The notes beneath the pieces were generated by a model. The model saw only the letters and a list, made by a program, of their open reading frames with translations. It was not told the origin of the DNA and made no database searches. From Minisyncoccia bacterium (GTDB lineage Bacteria; Patescibacteriota; Minisyncoccia; Phycocordibacterales; UBA9973), in the NCBI GenBank assembly GCA_038249055.1, contig JBBRWS010000001.1:14244-78243 (forward strand): a DNA stretch of 64,000 bases, in the 5' to 3' direction. This document shows positions 9,537-18,203 of the stretch, in pieces. Each line of letters starts with the position of its first letter. The stretch's first letter is position 1. A program made the position numbers and the translations under genes.

Positions 9537-9709
9537 ACTCCAAGATTAGACGTAAAAAGGAAGTTTAAGCACCTCTTTTAATTCATAAGGCCCGGAATAT
9601 ATAGTAAAATCATACTTATTATTACAAGTATTGAAACTACTGCAAAAGCTCTCTCTATTCTTTTTTTATTTCTTGAATTGAAATTCATGATATAATACTA
9701 CCATTAAAT

Positions 9710-10090
9710 ATGATGAAATCCAAGAAAACTAATTATAAATTTTGGCACTCGCCCATAGCACTTGGTCTTCTTTTTGTAATTTTAATTTTCTTCGGGTATA
9801 AGATTATTGATTTAATAAAAAGAGAAAGGGAAACTGCTCATGTAAAAGGGGATATTTTAGATAATTTAGAAATTTTACAGAAGAAAGAAACATCTTTGTT
9901 AAAGGATTTAGCTAGACTTGAGACAGAAGAAGGAAAAGAAGAGATTATTCGAGAAAAATATCCATTCGTTAAAAATGGTGAAAAGATGGTTACAATAGTT
10001 AACGAGAGTGAAAAAATTATATCTTCATCAGAGACAGAGAAAAATAATCATGGTTTTTGGAATTGGATTAAAGGAATTTTTAATAAGTAA
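9710..10090 (+). CDS. ftsB: Septum formation initiator FtsB/DivIC-like
   Basis: N-terminal TM, coiled coil, EEIIREKYPFVKNGEKMV motif typical of FtsB/DivIC. Confidence 0.6.
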   Translation: MMKSKKTNYKFWHSPIALGLLFVILIFFGYKIIDLIKRERETAHVKGDILDNLEILQKKETSLLKDLARLETEEGKEEIIREKYPFVKNGEKMVTIVNESEKIISSSETEKNNHGFWNWIKGIFNK

Positions 10091-10093
10091 AAT

Positions 10094-10164
10094 GCGGGAT
10101 TGGTTTAGTGGTAGGATGCGACCTTCCCAAGGTTGAGGCACGAGTTCGATTCTCGTATCCCGCA
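10094..10164 (+). tRNA. tRNA-Gly (anticodon CCC)
   Basis: Acceptor gcgggat/atcccgc, anticodon loop ttCCCaa, T-loop ttcgatt; hand-folded. Confidence 0.75.
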
Positions 10165-10197
10165 CATATTTAAAAACACTGAAAGGTGTGTTTTTAA

Positions 10198-10342
10198 ATA
10201 TGTGCGGGATAGTAAGCCAACTGCTTGGCTTACGTGCGAGAATCGAAAAGCTTTTCGTTCTCCGATGGATATCGGAGCGAAAAGGTGTACTGAAGCTGTA
10301 AGCTTCGATAAACGTACTCGCGGTCTCGTATCCCGCACATAT
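10198..10342. repeat. tRNA-Gly-linked structured unit 1: 14-bp terminal inverted repeats atatgtgcgggata...tatcccgcacatat (right end identical to tRNA-Gly 3' end), internal hairpins
   Basis: TIRs and hairpins (gtaagcc-aactgc-ggcttac, ctccgat-ggat-atcggag, cgaaaagcttttcg) read directly. Confidence 0.6.
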
Positions 10343-10374
10343 CTAAAAAGACTCTTTAAAGAGTCTTTTTTAAT

Positions 10375-10540
10375 ATATGTGCGGGATAGCAAAAGAACTG
10401 CTTCTTTTGCGTGCAACGATTAGTAAATCGAACCGTGAGGAGAATCGAAAGGCTTTTCCTTGTCGAAGATGGAAAAGCACCAGCGACCGTGATTTACAAA
10501 AATCACCTACTGGGTCAGGCGAGATTTTTGTATCCCACAT
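10375..10540. repeat. tRNA-Gly-linked structured unit 2 (diverged paralog of unit 1; right TIR degenerate tatcccacat)
   Basis: Same start atatgtgcgggatag, same hairpin loop aactgc with compensatory stem caaaag/cttttg, shared gagaatcgaaag(g)cttttc block. Confidence 0.55.
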
Positions 10541-10552
10541 TCATTATGTCAA

Positions 10553-10580
10553 TATTTGCATATTTTATCACTATGCTATA
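10553..10580 (+). promoter_or_regulatory. Candidate sigma70-like promoter (tttgca N16 tataat) for glutaredoxin-like gene
   Basis: Consensus -10 TATAAT with plausible -35, 43 bp upstream of ATG. Confidence 0.35.
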
Positions 10581-10623
10581 ATTATAGAGCAGAATTAATT
10601 ATCATTTAACTTAAATAAATTAT

Positions 10624-10863
10624 ATGAAAAAAGTAACCGTATATAGCACACCATCATGTCATTTTTGTCACATGGCAAAAGATTTTTTTAAAGAGAAAAA
10701 TATAGCCTTTGAAGATTTTGACGTTTCTGTAGATTTAGTAAAAAGAAAAGAAATGGTAGATAAAAGTGGACAAATGGGTGTACCAGTAATTTTAATCGAT
10801 AACGATTTAATTGTTGGTTTTAATAAGCCAAAGATCGCAGAACTTTTAGGTATAACAGAGTAG
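10624..10863 (+). CDS. Glutaredoxin-like protein (NrdH/YruB-like) with CHFC active site
   Basis: VYSTPSCHFC..GQMGVPVILID glutaredoxin fold motifs; paralog of 46955-47191. Confidence 0.7.
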   Translation: MKKVTVYSTPSCHFCHMAKDFFKEKNIAFEDFDVSVDLVKRKEMVDKSGQMGVPVILIDNDLIVGFNKPKIAELLGITE

Positions 10864-10929
10864 TAATTTTTAAAATAATGACGTATTATAAGAGCATTCC
10901 AGTACGTATTGGAATGCTCTTATAATTTT

Positions 10930-11001
10930 GCCCTCGTAGTTCAATGGATAGAACAGTTCCGTCCTAAGGAATAGATGCACGTTCGATTCGTACCGAGGGC
11001 A
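10930..11001 (+). tRNA. tRNA-Arg (anticodon CCT)
   Basis: Acceptor gccctcg/cgagggc, anticodon loop gtCCTaa, T-loop ttcgatt (one C-A mismatch in T-stem); hand-folded. Confidence 0.6.
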
Positions 11002-11038
11002 CTTTTATTTTCGAACAAAATATGATAATATTCTTAAT

Positions 11039-11341
11039 ATGGATCCTGAGACAAAACAGTTATTAGAGGAAAACTTAAAGTTGTCTAAAGAAAACAACGA
11101 AATGCTGAGTAGTCTTATCCGTAGTAAAAAAAGAAATAATATATTTAAGGCGGTTTATTGGGGTATTATAATTATTATAACCATTGGAACTTATTATTTT
11201 ATTCAACCTTATATTAGCGGTTTGACTAGTTTATATACAGGAGGTGCTTCAGATTTACAAGGCATAGGAGATATAAAAGCAAAGTTGGGTGACCAAGAAC
11301 AAATAGATGCTTTGTTAAATCTTATAAATCAAAAAAAATAA
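11039..11341 (+). CDS. Hypothetical small membrane protein
   Basis: ORF with one hydrophobic helix; no recognisable domain. Confidence 0.35.
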   Translation: MDPETKQLLEENLKLSKENNEMLSSLIRSKKRNNIFKAVYWGIIIIITIGTYYFIQPYISGLTSLYTGGASDLQGIGDIKAKLGDQEQIDALLNLINQKK

Positions 11342-11386
11342 ATTGCCCAGATATAAAGTAAAAATGTTTTAAAATAAAATATAATT

Positions 11387-11459
11387 GCCTAGATAGCTCA
11401 GTTGGTAGAGCGCTCCCCTGAAGAGGGATAGGTCCCCAGTTCAAATCTGGGTCTAGGCA
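11387..11459 (+). tRNA. tRNA-Phe (anticodon GAA)
   Basis: Acceptor gcctaga/tctaggc, D-arm tagctcagttggtagagc, anticodon loop ctGAAga, T-loop ttcaaat. Confidence 0.7.
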
Positions 11460-11460
11460 C

Positions 11461-11608
11461 AATAAGTAATAGTCTTACAATTAAAATATTTATCTCAGAC
11501 TAGATAGCCAGTTCAAAGTCTTTGGTCTAGGCACAACAAATAATAGTCTTACAATTAAAATATTTACCTCAGACTAGATAGCCAGTTCAAAGTCTTTGGT
11601 CTAGGCAC
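11461..11608. repeat. Two tandem 74-bp direct repeats, each ending in a degenerate copy of the tRNA-Phe T-arm plus acceptor 3' end, followed by hairpin and an inverted partial copy (11642-11651)
   Basis: Units 11461-11534 and 11535-11608 nearly identical; ends gccagttcaaagtctttggtctaggcac vs tRNA cccagttcaaatctgggtctaggcac. Confidence 0.7.
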
Positions 11609-11756
11609 AATTAAAAAATACCTGTTAAGGTGTTTTTTTATTGTGCCTAGAAAGCGAGGATTGTGGGGTGGAGACTATTTAATTGTTTAAAAAAATTATA
11701 CAATTAAATTGTCGCAAAATTATAAAATATGAAGTTGTATAAATACCAATAATAAT

Positions 11757-12065
11757 ATGAAATCTATAAATCAAGAGGTTGTTAAAGAAATTGTTAGTTT
11801 TATTGAGGGTTCAAGTTTTTATAATAAAATTCAGATTATTACTGAAAATAGTGGACAGAAAACTGAAACTTTTTATTTTTTAAAAGAAGAAGGTATTGGG
11901 CATACTATTCTTCTTCAAAAAGAAGATGGTCAAATTGAGACAATACAAGAAACTCATATGATAGATAAAGACTTTGTTTATAAAAAATTAGATTTAATAG
12001 AAGATAATGCTAAGGTTAATATATGTGGAAATAGTGGAGACTTTATTCTCTCTATAAAATTATAA
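11757..12065 (+). CDS. Hypothetical protein
   Basis: ORF only. Confidence 0.35.
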   Translation: MKSINQEVVKEIVSFIEGSSFYNKIQIITENSGQKTETFYFLKEEGIGHTILLQKEDGQIETIQETHMIDKDFVYKKLDLIEDNAKVNICGNSGDFILSIKL

Positions 12066-12086
12066 TATCTTTTCGCTCGATAAAAT

Positions 12087-12116
12087 AAAAAATCCTGACT
12101 TAAGTCAGGATTTTTT
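12087..12116. terminator. Bidirectional hairpin aaaaaatcctgac-ttaa-gtcaggatttttt
   Basis: Perfect stem flanked by A/T runs between convergent genes. Confidence 0.6.
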
Positions 12117-12119
12117 ATT

Positions 12120-12614
12120 TTATATTGATTTAATCTTTAATTTTGTTTCTCTATTTTTATCCAACTTAGGAAGTTTGATAATTAATAGCCCGTGTTTTTC
12201 TATTGCCTCTGCTTCTTCTGGGTCAACTTCTTCTGGAAGGGAAATGGTTCTTGAGAATGAACCCCAATAAAGTTCTTGTACAAAATAATTATCTTTTTCT
12301 ATTGATTGGTTCTCTTCGCGTTTACCACGTATAGTAATCATATCGCGAGTTATAGTAATAGAAAGATTATCTGGCTGTACTCCTGCTACCATTGTTTGGA
12401 CAATAATATCTGTTGGAGTTTGGTATAAGTCTACAGTTAATTCTGCATCTATTTCTTCTTCCCATTTAGATTCTCTTTGTTCATGGTTATCTTTAGTGGG
12501 AGAATTAATTTTTCTATTTGCTCCACCAAGGTAATTTTCTTCTTCGTTTTCTTCGTTTTCTTCAAATCTCATACTACCAGTTAAACGTTCTAAAAATGAT
12601 CTCTTTTTTGGCAT
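12120..12614 (-). CDS. Small heat shock protein, Hsp20/alpha-crystallin family
   Basis: Alpha-crystallin domain pattern ..TVDLYQT..ITIRGKRE..GSFSRTISLPEEVD..AEAIEKHGLLIIKLPK. Confidence 0.75.
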   Translation of the reverse strand: MPKKRSFLERLTGSMRFEENEENEEENYLGGANRKINSPTKDNHEQRESKWEEEIDAELTVDLYQTPTDIIVQTMVAGVQPDNLSITITRDMITIRGKREENQSIEKDNYFVQELYWGSFSRTISLPEEVDPEEAEAIEKHGLLIIKLPKLDKNRETKLKIKSI

Positions 12615-12619
12615 ATAAT

Positions 12620-13333
12620 TTAATTTAGTACAGGAATATCGTCTCCCATACGTTTTAATTTTTCAAATATAAGTATATTGATAATCGTGACGACCCATAA
12701 AAATCCAAAAACAGAAAGGAAATTTTCGCCACTTCCTTTCATTATAAAAAAATTAAAGATACTATGCAATAGAATAGCACAGATGATACCAATAAAAAGA
12801 TATATTACTCTGTATTGTTTTAAATAAAATGATAATCCTAGTGCGCTACCAATCATAGCACTTGAGATAGCATGTAATAATGTGGAACCAAGAAATCTCA
12901 AATTACCTGTAAGCATTCCTACTATTGCTCCGCTTACACTAAATGGATTTAATAAATAAAGAATATTTTCTAATGCTGCAAAACCCAAAGCAGTTGCTAT
13001 AAAATACATAGGATAATCAATTGGTTTATCAACATTTTTATTTCCCCATATTATAATTATTACTCCTAAAAATTTAAGCAGCTCCTCTATGGCGGCCCAT
13101 ATTATTGTTTGTGCTGTTTTGTCATTAATAAAACTCATTGAGTATTTTTCAAGCCAAATAGCCATAAAAACAAGCAATCCTCCTATAATAAAAGATATAA
13201 TAATAAGTCCCGTTGGCTCGCGTTCATCGCTGTCTTCTTGTTTAAGCCAAAACCAAAGCCAAAAAATAGCTGGAATCAATCCACTTGCTATAGCTAAAAG
13301 TGAAGTTTTAGGATCTCTCAATAAATCAATCAT
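12620..13333 (-). CDS. PrsW-family intramembrane protease
   Basis: AAIEELLKF (EExxK) and ALGFAALENILY motifs, multiple TM helices. Confidence 0.6.
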   Translation of the reverse strand: MIDLLRDPKTSLLAIASGLIPAIFWLWFWLKQEDSDEREPTGLIIISFIIGGLLVFMAIWLEKYSMSFINDKTAQTIIWAAIEELLKFLGVIIIIWGNKNVDKPIDYPMYFIATALGFAALENILYLLNPFSVSGAIVGMLTGNLRFLGSTLLHAISSAMIGSALGLSFYLKQYRVIYLFIGIICAILLHSIFNFFIMKGSGENFLSVFGFLWVVTIINILIFEKLKRMGDDIPVLN

Positions 13334-13447
13334 TCCAGTAGTAAAATTTTAATATTAATTTGTATTTTATTCGACCTCATTTTATAAATATTATATTTTT
13401 TTATTTTGTAATCAAAAATTTACTACGGGACAAGTATGATTATATTT

Positions 13448-15658
13448 TTAATTTGGCCATTTTTCCACCATTAATAATCTTTTATTATTAATGGGCCCGC
13501 CTGCTAAAGCATTTCGGACAGGCATCATACTCCATATTTCTTCTGTTACGAATGGCATAAAAGGATGAAGAATTTTTAAAATATCCGCTAATGTTTCTAA
13601 TAGAAATTGAGCTCTTGAGTTTTTGTCTATATCATTACCATTTTGAAATATTTCTTTACTTTCTTCTAAAATTACGTCAGCAAATCGTGACCAAGTGTAT
13701 TGATAGATTTTATCTCCAACTAAGTAAAATTTATATTCTTCCATTTCTTTTGTCACCTCTATTATCAATTCATACCTTTCTTTTATTAGTTCTGTATCTT
13801 TTTCTGAATATTCCTTAAATTTATTGTTAAACTTTATTCCTTCAGTGCTACTTAATACAAATCGTGTTATATTCCAAAGTTTATTGGCGTAATTTTTATA
13901 TGCTCTTATTTTATCTTCAGACATTTTACTATCATTACCAGGGCCTGTACCTATAACGAGAGACATACGTGCTGCATCTGCTCCATACTTTTTAGTTAGT
14001 TCAAGTGGGTCTAGGGAATTACCTAAAGACTTACTCATTTTTCGCCCTTGTGCATCTCTAATTATTCCATGCAGGTATACAGTTTTAAAAGGTACGGTCC
14101 CAACAAGATATGTACTCATAAGTATCATACGGGCAATCCAAAAGAAGATAATGTCGTATCCCGTTTCGATGATTGTCGTTGGATGATATGTCTTGAAATC
14201 AGGTGAATTTAAATCAGGCCATCCAAGTGTGGAGAAAGTCCAAAGCCCAGAAGAAAACCATGTATCAAGTGTGTCTTCGTCTTGAATCCAGCCTTCTTCT
14301 TTTGGTGCTTCAAGTCCGCAATAGATTTCTTTTCCCTTGTACCAAACAGGAATTCTATGACCATACCAAATTTGTCTAGATATACACCAGTCACGAAGAT
14401 TCTCAATCCAGTTGAAGTATATTTTTTCAAATCGGTCAGGAATAATATTTATTCCCTTATTTCTAACAGCATCAAGCATTAATTCTTTTAGTGTTTTATT
14501 ATTTTTATCTTCAATGGGTTTATTTACATTTATAAACCATTGAAGCTTTGGAAGTGGCTCTATAATACCTCCTGTTCTTTCAGCTGTTGAAATATTTTGG
14601 TCTACATCTTCTTCTTTTTCAAGAAGCCCTTCATTTTTTAACCATTCTGCTATTACAAGTCTAGCTTCGGTTGTTTTTTTATTTAAAATTCTTTCATCCC
14701 CAACAGTCATTTTTGCAAATTCATTTATTACTTGTTTTGTAGGAAGTCCATGTCGCGCTGCAATTTCAGCATCTATTTGACTGTGTGCAGGTGTAACTCC
14801 AAGAGCCCCTGTTCCAAAATCTTTTTCAACAGCGTCATCGGCAACTATTTTTATTTCAAGCTTTACTCCACAAAAATCCTCAATGATATAAGTTCTACCG
14901 ACATACTCTTTATATCTTTCATCAGTTGGATTTACTGCTACCGCTACATCTCCAACTTTTGTTTCAGGTCGTGTTGTTGAAATAGAAATAGGGAAGTCTT
15001 TGCTGTATTTAAAAGTATAAAATTTTGCTTTTCTTTCTTCGTAAACAATTTCGTCATCGGAAATAACAGTTTGGCCTTTTGGGTCCCAATTTACAATACG
15101 ATGACCACGATAAATAAGACCATCATTATACATTTTTTTAAATGCTGTACGGACCGCAAAGTTTCTTTTTTCATCTAGAGTAAAAGCTTCACGAGACCAG
15201 TCGAGAGATGCCCCCATTTTTTTGGATTGGTTTATTATTGTGTCGTGACTTTCCTGGGCAAATTTATTTACTCTTTTTAAAAATTCTTCTCTTCCTAAAT
15301 CTGTTTTTCTTTTTCCTTCTTCTTTTTCTAATATTTTTTCAACTTTTGATTGAGTTGCGATTGCAGCATGGTCAGTTCCAGGAAGCCACAAAGTTCTTTT
15401 TCCTTGCATTCGAGCAAAGCGAGTCATGATGTCCTCAATAGTAAGTGTGGCAGCATGCCCCAAGTGTAGAGTTCCTGTTACATTTGGAGGAGGTAATACC
15501 ATAGAAAATACTTCTGCATCTTTATCTGTAACTCCTTTTTCTATACAAACATCAGGGTTAAAAAATCCACTTTCTTCCCATATTTTATAAATGCGATCTT
15601 CTGTTTCTTTCGGATCGTAGGGTTTTAATAATTTTGAATCAATATTTGGTTCATTCAT
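13448..15658 (-). CDS. valS: Valyl-tRNA synthetase (short form, 736 aa, lacks C-terminal coiled-coil extension)
   Basis: PPPNVTGTLHLGHA, TTRPETKVGDVAVAV editing, KMSKSLGN, DTWFSSGLW. Confidence 0.95.
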   Translation of the reverse strand: MNEPNIDSKLLKPYDPKETEDRIYKIWEESGFFNPDVCIEKGVTDKDAEVFSMVLPPPNVTGTLHLGHAATLTIEDIMTRFARMQGKRTLWLPGTDHAAIATQSKVEKILEKEEGKRKTDLGREEFLKRVNKFAQESHDTIINQSKKMGASLDWSREAFTLDEKRNFAVRTAFKKMYNDGLIYRGHRIVNWDPKGQTVISDDEIVYEERKAKFYTFKYSKDFPISISTTRPETKVGDVAVAVNPTDERYKEYVGRTYIIEDFCGVKLEIKIVADDAVEKDFGTGALGVTPAHSQIDAEIAARHGLPTKQVINEFAKMTVGDERILNKKTTEARLVIAEWLKNEGLLEKEEDVDQNISTAERTGGIIEPLPKLQWFINVNKPIEDKNNKTLKELMLDAVRNKGINIIPDRFEKIYFNWIENLRDWCISRQIWYGHRIPVWYKGKEIYCGLEAPKEEGWIQDEDTLDTWFSSGLWTFSTLGWPDLNSPDFKTYHPTTIIETGYDIIFFWIARMILMSTYLVGTVPFKTVYLHGIIRDAQGRKMSKSLGNSLDPLELTKKYGADAARMSLVIGTGPGNDSKMSEDKIRAYKNYANKLWNITRFVLSSTEGIKFNNKFKEYSEKDTELIKERYELIIEVTKEMEEYKFYLVGDKIYQYTWSRFADVILEESKEIFQNGNDIDKNSRAQFLLETLADILKILHPFMPFVTEEIWSMMPVRNALAGGPINNKRLLMVEKWPN

Positions 15659-15826
15659 ATGTAAAATATAGCACTTTTTGGATTATTATTCAAAAAATTC
15701 AATTATAATTTTAAAATTATTTGATTAATTTTTTGTATTTTATTGACAATTAAAATTATAAAATATAGTGTAAATAAAAATGGTACTAAATCTGAACCAT
15801 TGTTGGTTCCTTAAAAATTATTTTAT

Positions 15827-16186
15827 ATGAATAGAATAGAATTAACTCATGATGAATTCGCATTTCTTTTTTCTTATATTTCGGGTTTCATTGATAAATC
15901 TGAAAAAAGAATTTGTGAGATTATTGAAAAAGCTTTAGATTGCACCGAAGTGTCTTTGTTAAAAGTAGAATCCTTTGCTACTACTATTGAAGAAGCAATT
16001 GATGAATTTTACGAATCTGCTTGGGGTTCAAAAAAAGAGTCAGCAGTTACGAGAAATCTTATAAGTCTTACGACTAATAAAGATGACTTACCTGCAATCT
16101 ATGAAGATAAAATCGCGTACTCTTTTGGTGATAATAGCGACGAAACTTTTTTGCTTATAAGAAGAGCAGTTGAAATTTTATTTTAA
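15827..16186 (+). CDS. Hypothetical protein
   Basis: ORF only. Confidence 0.35.
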   Translation: MNRIELTHDEFAFLFSYISGFIDKSEKRICEIIEKALDCTEVSLLKVESFATTIEEAIDEFYESAWGSKKESAVTRNLISLTTNKDDLPAIYEDKIAYSFGDNSDETFLLIRRAVEILF

Positions 16187-16204
16187 AAAAAGAAAAATTT
16201 AATT

Positions 16205-16237
16205 AAAAAGGTGATACTTATGAAGTATCACCTTTTT
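16205..16237. terminator. Bidirectional hairpin aaaaaggtgatactt-atg-aagtatcaccttttt
   Basis: Perfect stem between convergent genes. Confidence 0.6.
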
Positions 16238-16253
16238 TAATTTCCTGGATTTT

Positions 16254-17525
16254 TTATAAAGATAAATTGCCTTTGGCTTTAATAGTATTTATATTTTTTA
16301 TAAATTTTTTATTTTTAGCTTGGAAGTATCCCGCGATAGCTATCATTAGGGCATTGTCTCCAGTCAAACTTTTAGAAGGAAAATGAACTTTTACTTTTAA
16401 TTTATTTTCTTTAATTTTTTCAGACATTATTTTTTGCAGATAAGTATTTGCAGAAACACCACCCCCAACAATAAGAGTTTTTATTTTATATTCTTTAATT
16501 GCTTTAATTGTTTTATGAGTTAGTACTTCTACAACTGCATCCTCGAATTCGCAAGCTATTTTTTGCTTTATATCTATATCATTTAATATATTAGGATTTT
16601 GAATTTTTAAATCTCGCACAAGATATAGCACCGCTGTTTTTAACCCAGAAAATGAAAAATCATAATCTTTTGAATAAATCATAGGACGGGGTAAATTTAT
16701 TGCCTTCAGTAATATGCTTGATTTTTCAGGTCCTCGGACGAGGGAGGACGAGGAGCCAGACCGTGAAAAATCAAGCATATTACTTTCGTCCTTACGTTTT
16801 GCTGAAGCTAATTTTGAAATCTCTGGTCCTCCAGGATAAGGAAGTCCAAGCATACGAGCCACTTTGTCAAAAGCTTCGCCAGCCGCATCGTCTCTTGTTT
16901 GTCCAATTTTTTTATATTTTTGCCAATCTTTTACAATAACAAGTTCAGTATGTCCACCAGAAACTAAAAGAGAAAGCATTGGGAATTTAATGTTGTTTGT
17001 ATCTACTGTAAAATTTTTGGTTTTTTTAGGAAAAATAGAAAAGACATGTCCCTCCATATGATTAACAGAAACGATTGGTATATTCCAATAGGTACTGAGT
17101 GCTTTTGCAAAACTTATCCCTACCCATAGTGCAGGCTCTAAACCAGGTCCTGTTGTTACAGCAATAGCATCAATTTTAGGTTTTTTTATTAGAGGCATTA
17201 TTTCCATCCATCTATCTTGAATCTCGTTTTCTCTATCCAAAATTTTATGAACTTTATTTTCTAATTTATTATCAGATTGAGTCTTTTTATTTAAAGAATA
17301 CATTTTTGATTCTTTTAGTACTTTCACTAAAATGTGTAAAATATTTCTTCCATGTTCACGCTTGGCCATCATAGGGAAAACACCACCATATTGAGCATGA
17401 AGAGCTATTTGGGAAGATATTTCATTTCCAAGTATTTTAAATTTAATTTTTTTGCCTTCTTTTTGCGTATCTATTATAGACAAGGCTGTCTCATCACAGG
17501 AAGTTTCAATTGCTAATATTCTCAT
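16254..17525 (-). CDS. tsaD: tRNA N6-adenosine threonylcarbamoyltransferase TsaD (Kae1/Gcp), with ~27-aa insertion
   Basis: MRILAIETSCDETALSI.., ..GGPEISKLA.., DYDFSFSGLKTAV; 423 aa vs ~340 typical. Confidence 0.9.
   Translation of the reverse strand: MRILAIETSCDETALSIIDTQKEGKKIKFKILGNEISSQIALHAQYGGVFPMMAKREHGRNILHILVKVLKESKMYSLNKKTQSDNKLENKVHKILDRENEIQDRWMEIMPLIKKPKIDAIAVTTGPGLEPALWVGISFAKALSTYWNIPIVSVNHMEGHVFSIFPKKTKNFTVDTNNIKFPMLSLLVSGGHTELVIVKDWQKYKKIGQTRDDAAGEAFDKVARMLGLPYPGGPEISKLASAKRKDESNMLDFSRSGSSSSLVRGPEKSSILLKAINLPRPMIYSKDYDFSFSGLKTAVLYLVRDLKIQNPNILNDIDIKQKIACEFEDAVVEVLTHKTIKAIKEYKIKTLIVGGGVSANTYLQKIMSEKIKENKLKVKVHFPSKSLTGDNALMIAIAGYFQAKNKKFIKNINTIKAKGNLSL
16708..16788. repeat. 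Element family B, copy B2: 20-bp perfect inverted arms gtaatatgcttgatttttca / tgaaaaatcaagcatattac flanking 41-bp GC-rich core, in-frame within tsaD
   Basis: Read directly; 81 bp = 27 codons encoding MLDFSRSGSSSSLVRGPEKSSILLKA, which has no counterpart in E. coli TsaD. Confidence 0.7.
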
Positions 17526-17584
17526 TTCAGTACTATATCACAAGGGTTTTTATTTGACCATTTTTATGATAATATTAAATTTAT

Positions 17585-18199
17585 ATGAAAAAAGAACGAC
17601 TCGGTTTTAATCTAGCTTTGATGGGAATGATTGCTTCAGGTAAAGAAACTCAGACAGATCTTTTAAAAAAAAGATACTCGCTTCAATCCGTCGAAACAGG
17701 TGTTTACACCAGAAAACTTTTAAAAGAAAAAACTGAAAATGGTGAATGGGCCAGACGTACAGCAGGAAAAGGTGGACCCTTGCCTGTTGTATTAATGAAA
17801 AAATTTCTTCTAGATCAAATAAGTAAAAAATCTAAAAATAAAGATTTAATTTTTATTGGTGGACCACGTCTTAAGCCAGAAGCACAATTAACTAAAAAAA
17901 TACTTCAAGAAAAAGGACAAGATATATTTGTGATATATATTACTCTTCCAGATAATGAAGTATACAAGAGATCGATAAAACGTAAGACTGGTAACATGAA
18001 AGCCATTTATAAAGTTTTTGATACAAAAGAAATTATTGGTAAACGTATCAAGTGGCACAAAGAACAAGTGGGTAAAACTGTAAAATATTTTGAGTCTTTA
18101 GGTAAATTAAAAAAGATAAATGGTAATCAGCCTATTGATAAAGTATATTTAGACATAGAGAAGGCCTTGACCTATTTTAAAAAATTAAATAATAAATAA
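17585..18199 (+). CDS. adk: Adenylate kinase-like nucleoside monophosphate kinase (divergent P-loop GMIASGKETQ)
   Basis: P-loop, VETGVYTR and IFIGGPRLKPEAQ resembling Adk NMP-binding and LID-flanking motifs. Confidence 0.5.
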   Translation: MKKERLGFNLALMGMIASGKETQTDLLKKRYSLQSVETGVYTRKLLKEKTENGEWARRTAGKGGPLPVVLMKKFLLDQISKKSKNKDLIFIGGPRLKPEAQLTKKILQEKGQDIFVIYITLPDNEVYKRSIKRKTGNMKAIYKVFDTKEIIGKRIKWHKEQVGKTVKYFESLGKLKKINGNQPIDKVYLDIEKALTYFKKLNNK

Positions 18200-18203
18200 A
18201 AGG

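Noticed and set aside
9578-9688. 36-codon minus-strand ORF (MNFNSRNKKRIERAFAVVSILVIISMILLYIPGLMN) between lepA and ftsB
   Set aside because: Plausible small membrane peptide but below any length or conservation evidence available from sequence alone; left unannotated.
10105-10598. ORFs 10105-10416 (-), 10133-10423 (+) and 10377-10598 (+)
   Set aside because: Run through tRNA-Gly and the TIR-bounded structured units; open frames result from repeated structured sequence, not coding.
11461-11608. Possible CRISPR array
   Set aside because: Only two direct repeats, the repeats are tRNA-Phe-derived, there are no unique spacers of CRISPR size and no cas genes; tandem duplication instead.
13591-15429. 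Short ORFs on either strand inside valS (13591, 14209, 14282, 14732, 15208)
   Set aside because: Embedded in a full-length valS; low-complexity translations.
16700-17061. ORFs 16700-16939 and 16864-17061 inside tsaD on the plus strand
   Set aside because: Antisense to tsaD; the first exists because palindromic element B2 is open in both orientations.
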